Origin: an uncultured Terriglobales bacterium
GTDB taxonomy: Bacteria > Acidobacteriota > Terriglobia > Terriglobales > Acidobacteriaceae
Direction of reading: 5' to 3'
DNA: 64,000 bases
Assembly: GCA_964559835.1 (NCBI GenBank)
Contig: CAZLJE010000013.1
Span: 54,209-118,208, forward strand
Positions 25,835 to 36,125 of this stretch are shown piece by piece. The notes below the pieces were generated by a model. That model was not told the origin of the DNA. It saw nothing but the letters and a program-made list of their open reading frames with translations, and ran no database searches. The stretch's first letter is position 1. Every line of letters starts with the position of its first letter. The position numbers and the translations under genes are program-made.

Positions 25835-28120
25835 TTATCTGATCTTGAGTTCCGCCGGCGTCCCCTCGTCGGAGCTCCCGGCGATCCAGATGCTCACATC
25901 GGAAGGTTCGACTACTTTCTTCATGTCGATATTCCAGAACGCAAGTTCGTTATTTCCAAGCGAAAATTCGACGCGCTGGGATTCCCCCGGGTTCAACAAT
26001 ACTTTGCGGAAGCCTTTCAACTCGCGCACCGGTCGAGCAACACTCGTTCCGCGTTCGCGGATGTACACCTGCACGATCTCCTCTCCTGCGACGGACCCGG
26101 TATTTTTCACTTCCGCGCTCAATTGCAAAGTCGTTTTGCCCGCGTTGAGGTCGGCAGCGGACAGCGATGTTGCTGAGAGTGACGGGGGCGAGTACTGGAA
26201 AGTCGTATAGGAGAGGCCGTAGCCGAACGGAAACAGCGGTGTGACCTTCTGGTCGATGTAACGGGAATGATATTTTTCAGTTTCGCCGCGGGGCGGCCGG
26301 GAATCGTCGACTGCGCCGAGCGGGCGACCGGTGTTGAGTTGGCTGTAATAAAGAGGTTCCTGTCCCACTGACCTGGGAAAGGTGACGGTCAGCTTGCCCG
26401 ACGGGTTGTTTTCACCAAATAGGGTCCGCACCAGGGCTGGTCCTGCTTGTACTCCCGGGTGCCACGCTTCGATGATTGCGGAGATGTTCTCGGCCGGCCA
26501 GTCCAGAACGAGGGGACGCCCGCTGAAAACGATCAGCACGACAGGTTTCCCGGTCGAAGCTACGGCTTTTAAGAGATCAAGTTGACGCCCGGGCAAGCCG
26601 AGATCTACGCGCGATGCGGCCTCACCCGTCATCTCCATAGCATCTTCGCCGAGAGCGACAACGGCAACGTCGGCTTGCTGAGCGGCGCGTACGGCTCCTG
26701 AGATCTCATCGACGCCGGTATCGAGCACATCGGTCCCTTTGACATAGACGACGTTAGCACCGAGCCGATGTTGGAGCGCCGAACGTAACGTGACGACATC
26801 TGTCGGATTTCCTTGGGCCTTCCAGCAACCCAGCATGTCATCCGCGCTGTCGGCCAGCGGACCGATCAGTGCTACGCGCTTCTTTCCCTTTAACGGGAGT
26901 ACCCCATCGTTTTTCAAAAGAACGAACGATTTTTCCGCTACGGTTCGGGCAAGCTGAAGCGAGTCCGCCGATGGAGTCGGTTTGGACGCGCCGGTCGAAT
27001 ATGGGTGGTCGAATAAGCCGAGCGCGAACTTCACACGGAGGATGCGCCGCACGGCGTCATCAACTACCGATACCGGAACCTGGCCGCTCTTCACCTGGTC
27101 CTCCAGCGTGGAAACGTAGAGGCTGGATTCCATATCCATATCCACCCCGGCCATGATCGCTTTCCGGGCCGCGGTGCCGCCGTCCAGAGCGATGCCATGC
27201 GGGATCAATTCCTCTATCGATGTCCAGTCGCTGACGACGAAACCCTGGAAGGCCCATTCCTTGCGCAGCACCTGGCCGAGCGTGAAGGAATTCGCGGTTG
27301 CGGAAACGCCGTTCACAGCGTTGAACGCACTCATGAACGTCGCCGCTCCTTCGTTCTTCGCCGCATGGAAAGGCGGCAGGTAAACCTGGCGCAACAAGCG
27401 CTCGGGAATCTCGGTCGTGTTGTAATCCCGCCCACCCTCGGCGGCGCCGTAGCCGACATAGTGTTTCGCACATGCGGCGACAGACGTCGGTTCGCCGAGC
27501 GATTTGCCCTGGTATCCGCGAACGTACGCGCGGGCAATGGCGGAGCCGAGGAACGGATCCTCGCCCGCGCCTTCGACGACCCTGCCCCAACGCGCGTCTC
27601 GAGCAATGTCCACCATCGGCGAGAACGTCCAGCGGACACCATCGGAACTCGCCTCGGTGGCCGCTACCCTTGCCGCCTGTTCGATCAGTCGAATATCCCA
27701 AGTCGCCGACATGGCCAGCGGGGTGGGGAAGATCGTTCGGTACCCGTGGATGACATCAAGACCGAAGATCAGCGGGATCTTGAGCCGAGACTGCTCCACG
27801 GCGATCTTCTGCAATGCATCCACGCGCGGGCCGGTGACGTTGAACAGCGACCCGACCTGCCCGTTGCGGACCATCTCTTCATAGTTGCGTCCATGCTCCC
27901 TCGGCCCGGTGAGAGTCCCCGCAGAGTACTGGTTCAACTGCCCGATTTTTTCCTCCAATGTCATTTGCTGTAGGAGGGAGTCGATGCGGGCCTCGATGTT
28001 GGGATCGTTTGCCCAGGATTGTGCCAGGGCAGCCGGCACGAGCAGGACCAACGCTACGAGTGAACCAACATATCGCTGGAGTCTTCTGCGGCAGATGGAA
28101 CGCGAATCGTAAGAAGGCAT
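25835..28120 (-). CDS. bglX: Glycoside hydrolase family 3 beta-glucosidase
   Basis: GH3 N-terminal, C-terminal and Fn3-like layout; GFVVSDW nucleophile motif; signal peptide. ATG 28120 has RBS AAGGTGA. Confidence 0.9.
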   Translation of the reverse strand: MPSYDSRSICRRRLQRYVGSLVALVLLVPAALAQSWANDPNIEARIDSLLQQMTLEEKIGQLNQYSAGTLTGPREHGRNYEEMVRNGQVGSLFNVTGPRVDALQKIAVEQSRLKIPLIFGLDVIHGYRTIFPTPLAMSATWDIRLIEQAARVAATEASSDGVRWTFSPMVDIARDARWGRVVEGAGEDPFLGSAIARAYVRGYQGKSLGEPTSVAACAKHYVGYGAAEGGRDYNTTEIPERLLRQVYLPPFHAAKNEGAATFMSAFNAVNGVSATANSFTLGQVLRKEWAFQGFVVSDWTSIEELIPHGIALDGGTAARKAIMAGVDMDMESSLYVSTLEDQVKSGQVPVSVVDDAVRRILRVKFALGLFDHPYSTGASKPTPSADSLQLARTVAEKSFVLLKNDGVLPLKGKKRVALIGPLADSADDMLGCWKAQGNPTDVVTLRSALQHRLGANVVYVKGTDVLDTGVDEISGAVRAAQQADVAVVALGEDAMEMTGEAASRVDLGLPGRQLDLLKAVASTGKPVVLIVFSGRPLVLDWPAENISAIIEAWHPGVQAGPALVRTLFGENNPSGKLTVTFPRSVGQEPLYYSQLNTGRPLGAVDDSRPPRGETEKYHSRYIDQKVTPLFPFGYGLSYTTFQYSPPSLSATSLSAADLNAGKTTLQLSAEVKNTGSVAGEEIVQVYIRERGTSVARPVRELKGFRKVLLNPGESQRVEFSLGNNELAFWNIDMKKVVEPSDVSIWIAGSSDEGTPAELKIR

Positions 28121-28152
28121 TTGTCTGTCACCTTTCAAGTTGCCACGTAACC

Positions 28153-28208
28153 GAGGCGCAGGGCTCAGGGCGTAGGAAGCCCTAAGCCTTGTGCCCTACG
28201 CCCTAAGC
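28153..28208. repeat. Inverted array of degenerate heptads (AGGnnnC x4 / CCTnnGC x4)
   Basis: gaggcgc agggctc agggcgt aggaagc | cctaagc cttgtgc cctacgc cctaagc. AGGGCGTAGG (28167-28176) pairs with CCTACGCCCT (28195-28204). Confidence 0.65.
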
Positions 28209-28330
28209 CCCGACGGATAAAACTCTCACGGGGCGGCTGTACAAGTCGTTTATCATGCAGCGGTGGGCCCCTCTGTCAGCCGCAAGTTCATGATCTTTGT
28301 ACCGATTCCTTTCGCGATGCGAGCGACACG

Positions 28331-29527
28331 GTGAAGATTCGCATCGCCGTCATTCACCTCGGATTTGCTCTTACCGGCGTGGTGACCACGCTCCTGGGTC
28401 CCATCCTTCCTCTTCTCTCCTCGCAATGGAACCTGAACGATGCGCAAGCGGGAAGCCTGTTCACGGCGCAGTTCGTATCGGCGGTCGCCGGATCCTTCGT
28501 GGCCAGCCGAGTGCTTGCTCGTTGGGGGACCGGCTGGACGGTGGCAATTGGAATGTTTTCAATCGCCGCCGGAGTTTCCGCGTTAGGGCTCGGCAATCCA
28601 TCGCTCGGTGTCGCCGGGATCTGTCTGTTTGGCGTCGGCTTGGGATTCGCACTTCCGGCCACAAACCTGCTCATTGTCGAGTTAATGCCCGAGCAAAGGG
28701 TCGCCGCCCTCAACATCCTGAACTTTTCCTGGACGGTCGGCGCGTGGAGCGGACCTCTCATGATCGCTTCCGCCCAGGCGTCGATCGGTTTGCGAAAGTT
28801 CTCTTTCGTGCTCGCTGCCGCCTTTGTCGTCATTTCCATCTTCGAATTCGCGGTGCTACCCAACGCCAAGGGAACCATGATAGGGACGAGGGGCGCGGGA
28901 CGAGGGGCGCGGCAAACCAACCCCCCCACGCCGACCCAGGCCGGAAACCTTCCGGCAGAGAAGCGGCTTGTTTTCGCGGTGCTCACGTGCCTGTTCCTCA
29001 TGCTTTATGTCGGTGTCGAGAATGGTTTCTCGGGGTGGTTATCGGTCCTGACTGGCCGGATCCATCAGGGTTCCCCCCACACGATGGCTTTTGTGCAATC
29101 AAGTTTTTGGGGCGCCCTGCTCGTCGGCCGCCTGCTCGCGCCTGCCGTCGTTCGCTTGCTGCAGCCGGGTAAATTGATGATTGCAGGACTCGCGGGCGCT
29201 GCAGCCGGCGTCGCCGGTACCATTGTTTCGAGCGGAGTGGTCACGCTGGAAATGGCAGTCCTGCTCTGCGGACTGGGTATGGCCCCTCTGTTTCCGACGG
29301 CGGTGGCGATCTTCACGGAGGGGTACGGAACGGGCGCGGGAGGGAGCATAGTCCTCGGGCTCTGCGGAATCGGCGGTGCTACGATTCCATCGCTCGTGGG
29401 GCTTGTCGCCGCGTATTCGAACAGCCTGAGGACCGGCTTCATGGTGACGTTGTGCTGCGTAATGTTCGCGCTACTTACATTCGGGCGGCTGCAGGACCTG
29501 GCGCGCTCAGAATCACGATCTGCATGA
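28331..29527 (+). CDS. MFS transporter (sugar importer candidate)
   Basis: 12-TM pattern in two 6-TM halves with a central hydrophilic loop; located in a glycan locus. Confidence 0.8.
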   Translation: MKIRIAVIHLGFALTGVVTTLLGPILPLLSSQWNLNDAQAGSLFTAQFVSAVAGSFVASRVLARWGTGWTVAIGMFSIAAGVSALGLGNPSLGVAGICLFGVGLGFALPATNLLIVELMPEQRVAALNILNFSWTVGAWSGPLMIASAQASIGLRKFSFVLAAAFVVISIFEFAVLPNAKGTMIGTRGAGRGARQTNPPTPTQAGNLPAEKRLVFAVLTCLFLMLYVGVENGFSGWLSVLTGRIHQGSPHTMAFVQSSFWGALLVGRLLAPAVVRLLQPGKLMIAGLAGAAAGVAGTIVSSGVVTLEMAVLLCGLGMAPLFPTAVAIFTEGYGTGAGGSIVLGLCGIGGATIPSLVGLVAAYSNSLRTGFMVTLCCVMFALLTFGRLQDLARSESRSA

Positions 29528-30610
29528 GCCGGCAATGTTACGGCGCACGCGGGCAGTAGATTCTCGAACGATCAATTCCGCATGGACCCTGATGTTCTTC
29601 TGCGATTGTTCGGGATTCGCTATCCGTTTCAATAATGTCATTGCGGCTAACTCGCCCATTCGACGCATGGGCTGACGCACGGTAGTAAGCCGAGGATTCT
29701 GGAACGATGCCGCCTGGATATCATCGAAGCCGACTACCGAAATGTCCTGCGGCACCCGGAAGCCGTGGTCCTGAAAAGCCCGGACGGCTCCAATCGCTGA
29801 CATGTCATTGAAGGCGACGAGTGCGGTGAAAGGCTTCTTCCGGTCGAGAAGTTTCTGCCCGTATAGATAACCCTCATCGGGAGTGGAGGGTTCTTCACCG
29901 CCATGGTTGCCCTGCAACTGGATCGTCAATTCCGACAGTACTTGGATGCCAAGGTTGTGCGCGGCTTTACAGATCCCCTCCCAACGCTGCTCCGTATCGA
30001 CGCTGGATGGGTGTCCTTTGAAGAAAGCAATGCGTTTGTGCCCCAGGGCGACCAGGTGCTCGAGCGCGAGTTTGACGGCTTTACGATTGTCCACTGAAAC
30101 CGTGGTGATGCCGGCAATGTTGGTTTCGCCCGAAACGGCGACGACGGGCACAGGCAAAGGAGTACTGACGGGTGTATTGACGCAGATCAGGCCTTCGACG
30201 CCGCGCTCGATGAGCAGGCGGGAATACTCGTCGATCAAATCCTTTTTGCCGCGGTGGCTGACCACGAAATAGAAATAGCCTTCGCTAAGAAGGCGGTCTT
30301 CAATGCCGCGCATGATCGAAGCGGCGTACCCTTCGCTGATCTCAGGCAGCACCATCCCAACCATGAAGCTGCGCTGCTGGCGTAGCGAACGCGCGAAAAA
30401 GTTGGGCCTGTAGTTGAGCTCCTGCGCTGCTTTTAGGATCCTGTCCTTGGTTTCCTGGGAGATCGCCTGGGCGGCCGGTGCGTCGTTGACCACTACGGAA
30501 ATGGTGGTCGTAGAAATGCCCAGGTGCTTGGCGATGGACTTGAGACTCACGCGCTGCCGAGAGCGCGAAGTGCTTTCAACCTTAACGGTCCTGATCGCCG
30601 TCGTCTCCAT
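29513..30610 (-). CDS. LacI-family transcriptional repressor
   Basis: VSLKSIAKHLGISTTTISVVVN HTH plus a periplasmic-binding-fold sugar domain. ATG 30610 preferred over TTG 30631. Confidence 0.88.
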   Translation of the reverse strand: METTAIRTVKVESTSRSRQRVSLKSIAKHLGISTTTISVVVNDAPAAQAISQETKDRILKAAQELNYRPNFFARSLRQQRSFMVGMVLPEISEGYAASIMRGIEDRLLSEGYFYFVVSHRGKKDLIDEYSRLLIERGVEGLICVNTPVSTPLPVPVVAVSGETNIAGITTVSVDNRKAVKLALEHLVALGHKRIAFFKGHPSSVDTEQRWEGICKAAHNLGIQVLSELTIQLQGNHGGEEPSTPDEGYLYGQKLLDRKKPFTALVAFNDMSAIGAVRAFQDHGFRVPQDISVVGFDDIQAASFQNPRLTTVRQPMRRMGELAAMTLLKRIANPEQSQKNIRVHAELIVRESTARVRRNIAGSCRS

Positions 30611-30694
30611 CCACCTGCCTGCCGATCGCAAAAACCTAAGAATTGTAATTTTCTGTTGACAATCCTTAACCCGTAGCTCACACTGCGTGAGATT

Positions 30695-30712
30695 TACAGA
30701 AACGTTTCTGTA
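30695..30712. promoter_or_regulatory. LacI-type operator, perfect 18-bp palindrome TACAGAAACGTTTCTGTA
   Basis: Central CG and AAACGTTT core typical of LacI/GalR operators. Lies in the divergent LacI-GH16 intergenic region. An imperfect second copy ACAGAAACGATTCTT follows at ~30716-30730. Confidence 0.7.
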
Positions 30713-30819
30713 TGGAACAGAAACGATTCTTCCACAAAAGGCTCAAAGAAGCCAGCGTTTTTTGCTCCTTTGTTCCACTGCCGGCGAGCAACGGCTGTAA
30801 CACGAGAACGCGGTCCATC

Positions 30820-31671
30820 ATGGGAAGCATTCTAATCGTCGCACTGCTGTCGAGCATCTGTGCCTTCTGCGCGGGTCCGCTTCCGCAGTCTGGCGCGGCT
30901 CCCTCTCCGTCGGCGCGGAGCGCCGATCGTTGGACTTTGACGTGGAGCGATGAGTTCAACGGACCTGATGGTTCACCGCCCGACACGGCCAAGTGGATCA
31001 TTGAAACAGGCGGTGGCGGATGGGGCAATAACGAACTCGAGTACTACACCGCCCGGTCAAAGAACGTCTACCAGCAAAATGGGAACCTGGTCATAGAGGC
31101 CCTGAAAGAAACATTTACAGGTCCCGACAAAGTGACACGCTCGTACACCTCCGCGCGTCTGAAGACCGCGGGTGTATTCACGCAGGCGTATGGACGATTC
31201 GAGGCCCGGATCAAGATTCCTTACGGGCAAGGGATATGGCCTGCTTTTTGGATGCTCGGCGATGATATCTCCACTGTCGGGTGGCCCAAGTGCGGCGAGA
31301 TCGACATCATGGAGAACATCGGCGCTGAGCCGAACAAAGTTCATGGCAGCCTCCACGGTCCAGGCTACTCCGGCGAACATCCTCTGACCGGCGAATACGC
31401 CCTGCCCTCGGGTCGATTCGCCGATGACTTTCACGTCTTCGCCGTCGAATGGGAGCCGAGCGCGATCCGGTTTTACGTGGATGATGTCCTCTACGAAACG
31501 CGCGCGCCTGCGGACCTGCCTCCGGGAACACGATGGGTCTATGACCATCCTTTCTTTCTCATCCTGAACGTCGCTGTTGGCGGGAATTGGCCTGGGAATC
31601 CCGATGCTTCCTTGAAATTCCCCCAGCGGATGTTGGTGGATTACGTTCGGGCGTATTCGCGCAAGCCGTAA
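30820..31671 (+). CDS. Glycoside hydrolase family 16 (laminarinase/beta-1,3(4)-glucanase), secreted
   Basis: GEIDIMENIG (ExDxxE catalytic motif), WPAFWMLG; signal peptide MGSILIVALLSSICAFCAG. Confidence 0.88.
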   Translation: MGSILIVALLSSICAFCAGPLPQSGAAPSPSARSADRWTLTWSDEFNGPDGSPPDTAKWIIETGGGGWGNNELEYYTARSKNVYQQNGNLVIEALKETFTGPDKVTRSYTSARLKTAGVFTQAYGRFEARIKIPYGQGIWPAFWMLGDDISTVGWPKCGEIDIMENIGAEPNKVHGSLHGPGYSGEHPLTGEYALPSGRFADDFHVFAVEWEPSAIRFYVDDVLYETRAPADLPPGTRWVYDHPFFLILNVAVGGNWPGNPDASLKFPQRMLVDYVRAYSRKP

Positions 31672-31830
31672 TGACTGTCAAGATTTGCGGTTGGGCCCCC
31701 AAGAGTCGTTCAAAAGTCCTGTACACGTGGTGAAGCGTGCCCCGGTTTCGAATTGTTTCCCGGCTGCCGTGGTTGAAAGCAATGACGACTCAGCTTTCGA
31801 GTCCGGATAAGGCGGGGATATAGGAGCTTT

Positions 31831-34800
31831 ATGAAGATTCAAATTACTCTCACTCTTATCGTTCTTCTACTGGCAGGAACCATGTTTGCGCAATCGGACC
31901 GCGCCTCGATCACCGGTACGGTGAAGGACACGACAGGCGCCGTTGTGCCGGGAGTGTCAGTCACCGTCACGAACGTGGGAACCAATGAACAGACCAGCAC
32001 GACGACCAATGCCCTGGGCCTGTTTACCGTACTGAATCTCCCTATTGGCGAGTACAAGGTACTGGCCAGCAAAGATGGGTTTGGCACGTCTGAACGCAAA
32101 GGGATCAATCTCGCGATCAGCCAGGTCGCGGAGATCAACTTCCAGTTGCGGGTTGGCGCCACCGCTGAAACCGTCACGGTATCCGAAGACGCTCCACTGC
32201 TGGATACGCAGACATCATCAGTCTCGACCAACCTGCACAATGCCGCCGTTAATGAGCTTCCGTTGAATGTCCAGGGTGGCCGCAATCTCTCGAACTTCAT
32301 GTTTGCCTATGTCCCGGGGGTCGAGGGATCTGATTACGACTCTCACATCGGCGGCAGTATGAGCAAAACGAAAGAGGTCATGATCGATGGCACTTCTGCC
32401 GTGGCGCAGATCGGCGGCTATTTGAGCGAATCGAGCCCGCCCATGGAGGCGGTCGAAGAATTCCAGGTCAGCACCAGCGGGTTGCGTGCCGATGAAGGCC
32501 GCAGCGGTGGTGGCGTCTTCCGTTACAACATGAAGTCGGGCACCAATAGCTGGCATGGCAGCGGCGTTTATTTCATGCACGATGCTGCGTTCAACGCCAC
32601 GGCATGGGATAAGAAGTACAACAGCGTCCTGTGCGTGAAAAACGCCGGCTCCAACAGCGCCCAGGCAGCTGCGTGTGGACGCGTGTTCGGCAAACCCGAC
32701 GACAGTCTGTTCGATTACGGCGGGAGCGTCGGCGGAGCCATTGTGAAGAACAAGTTGTTCTTTACTGCCGCCTGGGAACGTTACACCTTCGCCAATTACG
32801 GACTCGGCGGGCTTAATTCTACCGTCCCGACAACCGCGTTCCTTAACGGCGACTTCAGTTCCTTGCTGGATAAAACCAAGATCCTGGGCGTGGACAGCGC
32901 CGGCAGGACCGTATACAAGGGAGCGATCATCGATCCCAACACGGGCAATGCGTTTCCAGGGAACATCATTCCTACGGCACGCATCAGCTCCGTCGCGCAG
33001 AAGATCGCGGCCCTTTATAAGCAGTACTATGCGCCACTCTCTTCCAACCTTACCAACAACAACGCTATGCCTCTGAACAACCCAGCGACGTGGTATCAGA
33101 GCAACCAGTACAGCGTCAAAATCGATTACCTCCTCTCTCAAAAGCATCACCTGAATGGGTCGTTCATCTACGCCTACATTACGCGCCTTCTTTCCGACCA
33201 GGGCGGAATCTGGTCGCCAGGTTCGAAGGATGGCGGACCGATGGCCAACGCGTACGACCACAACACTACGGCGCCGTCGGTGCGGTTGAGCGATTCATGG
33301 ACCATCTCTAACACCGTGCTCAATGTCTTCAACGTGACGTTCAACCGCTTCCACAACCCCAGTTCTGCCCGGTCTCAACAGGGGAACTGGTCTAAGACTC
33401 TGGGCCTGGGTGACTTTGGCGCGGGCAACTTCCCGATCATCAAGTTCCAGGGTGTGAACGGCGATCAGCACACGAAGGTAAACGGGAAGAATATCGACGA
33501 AAGTTCGCTGGGAAGCCAATTCAACGACTTCTATACCGCCAACACTTACGTTTTTAACGACAACCTTTCCTGGGTGAAGGGGCGGCATACCTACAAGTTC
33601 GGCGGCGATCTGCGCATCATGCAGTTCAACTCGCACGGCGATTACGGTGTTCCGACTATCACCTTCGATCCTGCGCAGACAGCGGGCTCTTACGGCAGCG
33701 GCAACGCGGGTTTCGGATTTGCCAGCTTCATGCTGGGCGCGGCGAACCAGGGGTCGGTAAGTGTCCCGAACAACACGTATGGACGGCGGAAGGCGCTGTC
33801 GCTCTATGCCCTGGACGACATCAAAGTCACTTCGAAGCTCACACTGAACCTCGACCTGCGGTGGGACTTCAACGGCCGCTACCACGAGAAGTTTGGTCAC
33901 TGGTCGAACTTCAATACGACCAAGATCAATCCGGCAACGGGTAAGGCTGGCGCGCTGGAGTTTGCGACCGGGGGCGGCGACTCGTTCGAGCGGAATCAGA
34001 ACTACCACAACTTCTCCGGGCATATAGGCGTGGCGTACCAAGTCACTCCGAAGACGGTGGCGCGCGCGTCGTTTGGCGTCTTTTATGTGCCGCTGAACCT
34101 GAACACGTGGGGCGCGATTCCTTACGGGTTCAATCCTGGATTCGTGGCCAACAACCAGGTGTTGACGTCCTTTAAGGTGGATAGCGGATATCCGGGGAAA
34201 CCGGTCGATGTGGGCAAAGACCCGAACTTCACAAGATGGGGCATGGTGTCGATCGATCCCCGCAGCCTGGAGCTCGGCAACGTTCAGCAGTGGTCGGTGG
34301 GCGTTGAGCGCGAGTTGAGCCGTGATCTGGTGCTGAACGTCGATTTCATGCAGAACCACGGGTACCATCTGGAAAGCGGATACCTGGCCGCGAACCAGCC
34401 GAAGTTGCCGGCGTACAGCGCCATGTCGGACGCCGGACAGATGTGGAACTGGATCTCGTCGCCAACATTCAACGGCTTTGGTTGGGCGGCGGTTGCGCCC
34501 TTCCCGAATGTTGCCATGACTTGGGGACCGCTGTTCTATGTGGGGTCACCCCTGGGCAATTCCGATTACCACTCGTTGCAGTTCACGGTGAAGAAGCGGG
34601 CGTCGCATGGCCTGTCTCTGTTGGCCAGCTACAATCTGTCGTCTTCGCACGGTGACACCGACAACGCCTTCCAGGAACTTTGGTGGGCCGGGCCGCTGCA
34701 GGATGTCTATAACTTGCAGCAGGAGCGCAACACCATCTCCCCGTTCGACCAGAAGCACATCGTGAAGGGATACATCGTGTACGACCTGCCATTCGGCAAG

Positions 34801-35331
34801 GGGCGCGCGTTCCTGGCGAATGGCGGTTCCGCTCTGAATGCCATGGTCGGCGGATGGAGTCTCAGCACGGGGTTCCACTACAACTCGGGTACGCCGATGC
34901 GCATTACGGCAAACACCTGGTACCCCGGTATCACCAACGTCTATTCGAACATTGCTCCGAATTGCAGCTTTAGTCAGACCAACACCAGTGCGGTCGGTGG
35001 AACGTATTTCAATACTGCCTGCTTCTCCAACCCCGCTTACGGCCATTTCGGCAATGCTCCCGGTTACCTCGCTGACCTGCGTTGGCGTGGGTTCGCGACG
35101 GAGGACATGGGCATAAACAAGGCCATCCAGTTTGGCGAGCGCTTCAACCTGAGTCTGAAATTCCAGATGTTCAACGTGTTCAATCGTCGCGGATTGGGCG
35201 GTCCGAACACCGGTATCGGTAATCCGGAATTTGGCAAGGTTGGAACTCCTGACGGCAACGGAAACTTCTACGCCGTTGGGGGCGCTCCCGGACCTCGGAT
35301 CGGACAATTCGGCTTAAGGTTCACGTTCTAG
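31831..35331 (+). CDS. TonB-dependent receptor with N-terminal CarboxypepD_reg-like domain
   Basis: Signal peptide. ASITGTVKDTTGAVVPGVSVTVTN..GLFTVLNLPIGEYKV, then plug, a long barrel and terminal RIGQFGLRFTF. RBS AGGAG. Confidence 0.9.
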   Translation: MKIQITLTLIVLLLAGTMFAQSDRASITGTVKDTTGAVVPGVSVTVTNVGTNEQTSTTTNALGLFTVLNLPIGEYKVLASKDGFGTSERKGINLAISQVAEINFQLRVGATAETVTVSEDAPLLDTQTSSVSTNLHNAAVNELPLNVQGGRNLSNFMFAYVPGVEGSDYDSHIGGSMSKTKEVMIDGTSAVAQIGGYLSESSPPMEAVEEFQVSTSGLRADEGRSGGGVFRYNMKSGTNSWHGSGVYFMHDAAFNATAWDKKYNSVLCVKNAGSNSAQAAACGRVFGKPDDSLFDYGGSVGGAIVKNKLFFTAAWERYTFANYGLGGLNSTVPTTAFLNGDFSSLLDKTKILGVDSAGRTVYKGAIIDPNTGNAFPGNIIPTARISSVAQKIAALYKQYYAPLSSNLTNNNAMPLNNPATWYQSNQYSVKIDYLLSQKHHLNGSFIYAYITRLLSDQGGIWSPGSKDGGPMANAYDHNTTAPSVRLSDSWTISNTVLNVFNVTFNRFHNPSSARSQQGNWSKTLGLGDFGAGNFPIIKFQGVNGDQHTKVNGKNIDESSLGSQFNDFYTANTYVFNDNLSWVKGRHTYKFGGDLRIMQFNSHGDYGVPTITFDPAQTAGSYGSGNAGFGFASFMLGAANQGSVSVPNNTYGRRKALSLYALDDIKVTSKLTLNLDLRWDFNGRYHEKFGHWSNFNTTKINPATGKAGALEFATGGGDSFERNQNYHNFSGHIGVAYQVTPKTVARASFGVFYVPLNLNTWGAIPYGFNPGFVANNQVLTSFKVDSGYPGKPVDVGKDPNFTRWGMVSIDPRSLELGNVQQWSVGVERELSRDLVLNVDFMQNHGYHLESGYLAANQPKLPAYSAMSDAGQMWNWISSPTFNGFGWAAVAPFPNVAMTWGPLFYVGSPLGNSDYHSLQFTVKKRASHGLSLLASYNLSSSHGDTDNAFQELWWAGPLQDVYNLQQERNTISPFDQKHIVKGYIVYDLPFGKGRAFLANGGSALNAMVGGWSLSTGFHYNSGTPMRITANTWYPGITNVYSNIAPNCSFSQTNTSAVGGTYFNTACFSNPAYGHFGNAPGYLADLRWRGFATEDMGINKAIQFGERFNLSLKFQMFNVFNRRGLGGPNTGIGNPEFGKVGTPDGNGNFYAVGGAPGPRIGQFGLRFTF

Positions 35332-35355
35332 AACGGCCGATCGTGCGAAATCCCC

Positions 35356-35387
35356 CAGGGCAGCTCGCCAAGAGCTGCCCTGTTTTC
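35356..35387 (+). terminator. Rho-independent terminator
   Basis: CAGGGCAGCTC-GCCAA-GAGCTGCCCTG followed by TTTTC. Confidence 0.8.
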
Positions 35388-35413
35388 ACTCCGGACAGCT
35401 ACAGGACCGATCG

Positions 35414-36103
35414 CTAGAACACCGCTTGCGAACTGGTGCCGACGGCTGCGAATACGTTGTTGCGTTCTTGTTCGGCGATGGGAATGAAGATGTTCACGAT
35501 CTCCGTGTCGAACTGCGTGCCGGAGCCGGCGAGGAGGCGGCGTACCGCCTCCTCATGAGGCAGTCCCTTGCGATAGCAACGGTTCGATGTCATCGCGTCG
35601 TAGGAATCGATGACGGAGACGATCCGCGACACCGTCGGGATCTCGGTTGCCTTCAGGCCGGCGGGATAACCCTTCCCGTCGAAAGCTTCGTGGTGGTGCA
35701 GAGCGTAAAGGCTGGCGGGTTGAAATCCCGGGAACAGGCGCAGGATCGACCAACTGTATTCCGGATGTTTGTTGATCACCGCGCGTTCATCCGGCGTCAG
35801 CGGCCCGTTCTTCTTCAGGATGGCGTCGGGTACACCGATCTTGCCGATATCATGGAGGAGGGCGGCGACTTCCACCTGGTACATGTGCTCCTCGCCGATG
35901 CCGAGCTTCCGCGCCACACGCAACGCCCATTCCGCCAGCCGCGTACTGTGCACGCCGGTGTTCATGTCCTTCAGGTCCAAAAGTTGGTTGAAGGCGCAGA
36001 TCAGCGAGGTCCGTAAGGTCGCCTGCTGCTCTTCCAGTTCCTTCACCTGGAATTGGGCCGGCGACCAGGACGCGGCCAGCGGATTGTTGAGCGATGCGAG
36101 CAT
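35414..36103 (-). CDS. Stand-alone HD-GYP domain protein (c-di-GMP phosphodiesterase family)
   Basis: LLHDIGKIGVPDAIL and HHEAFDGKGYPAGL motifs. Confidence 0.85.
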   Translation of the reverse strand: MLASLNNPLAASWSPAQFQVKELEEQQATLRTSLICAFNQLLDLKDMNTGVHSTRLAEWALRVARKLGIGEEHMYQVEVAALLHDIGKIGVPDAILKKNGPLTPDERAVINKHPEYSWSILRLFPGFQPASLYALHHHEAFDGKGYPAGLKATEIPTVSRIVSVIDSYDAMTSNRCYRKGLPHEEAVRRLLAGSGTQFDTEIVNIFIPIAEQERNNVFAAVGTSSQAVF

Positions 36104-36125
36104 GGAGTTATCTTTCTACTTCGCC

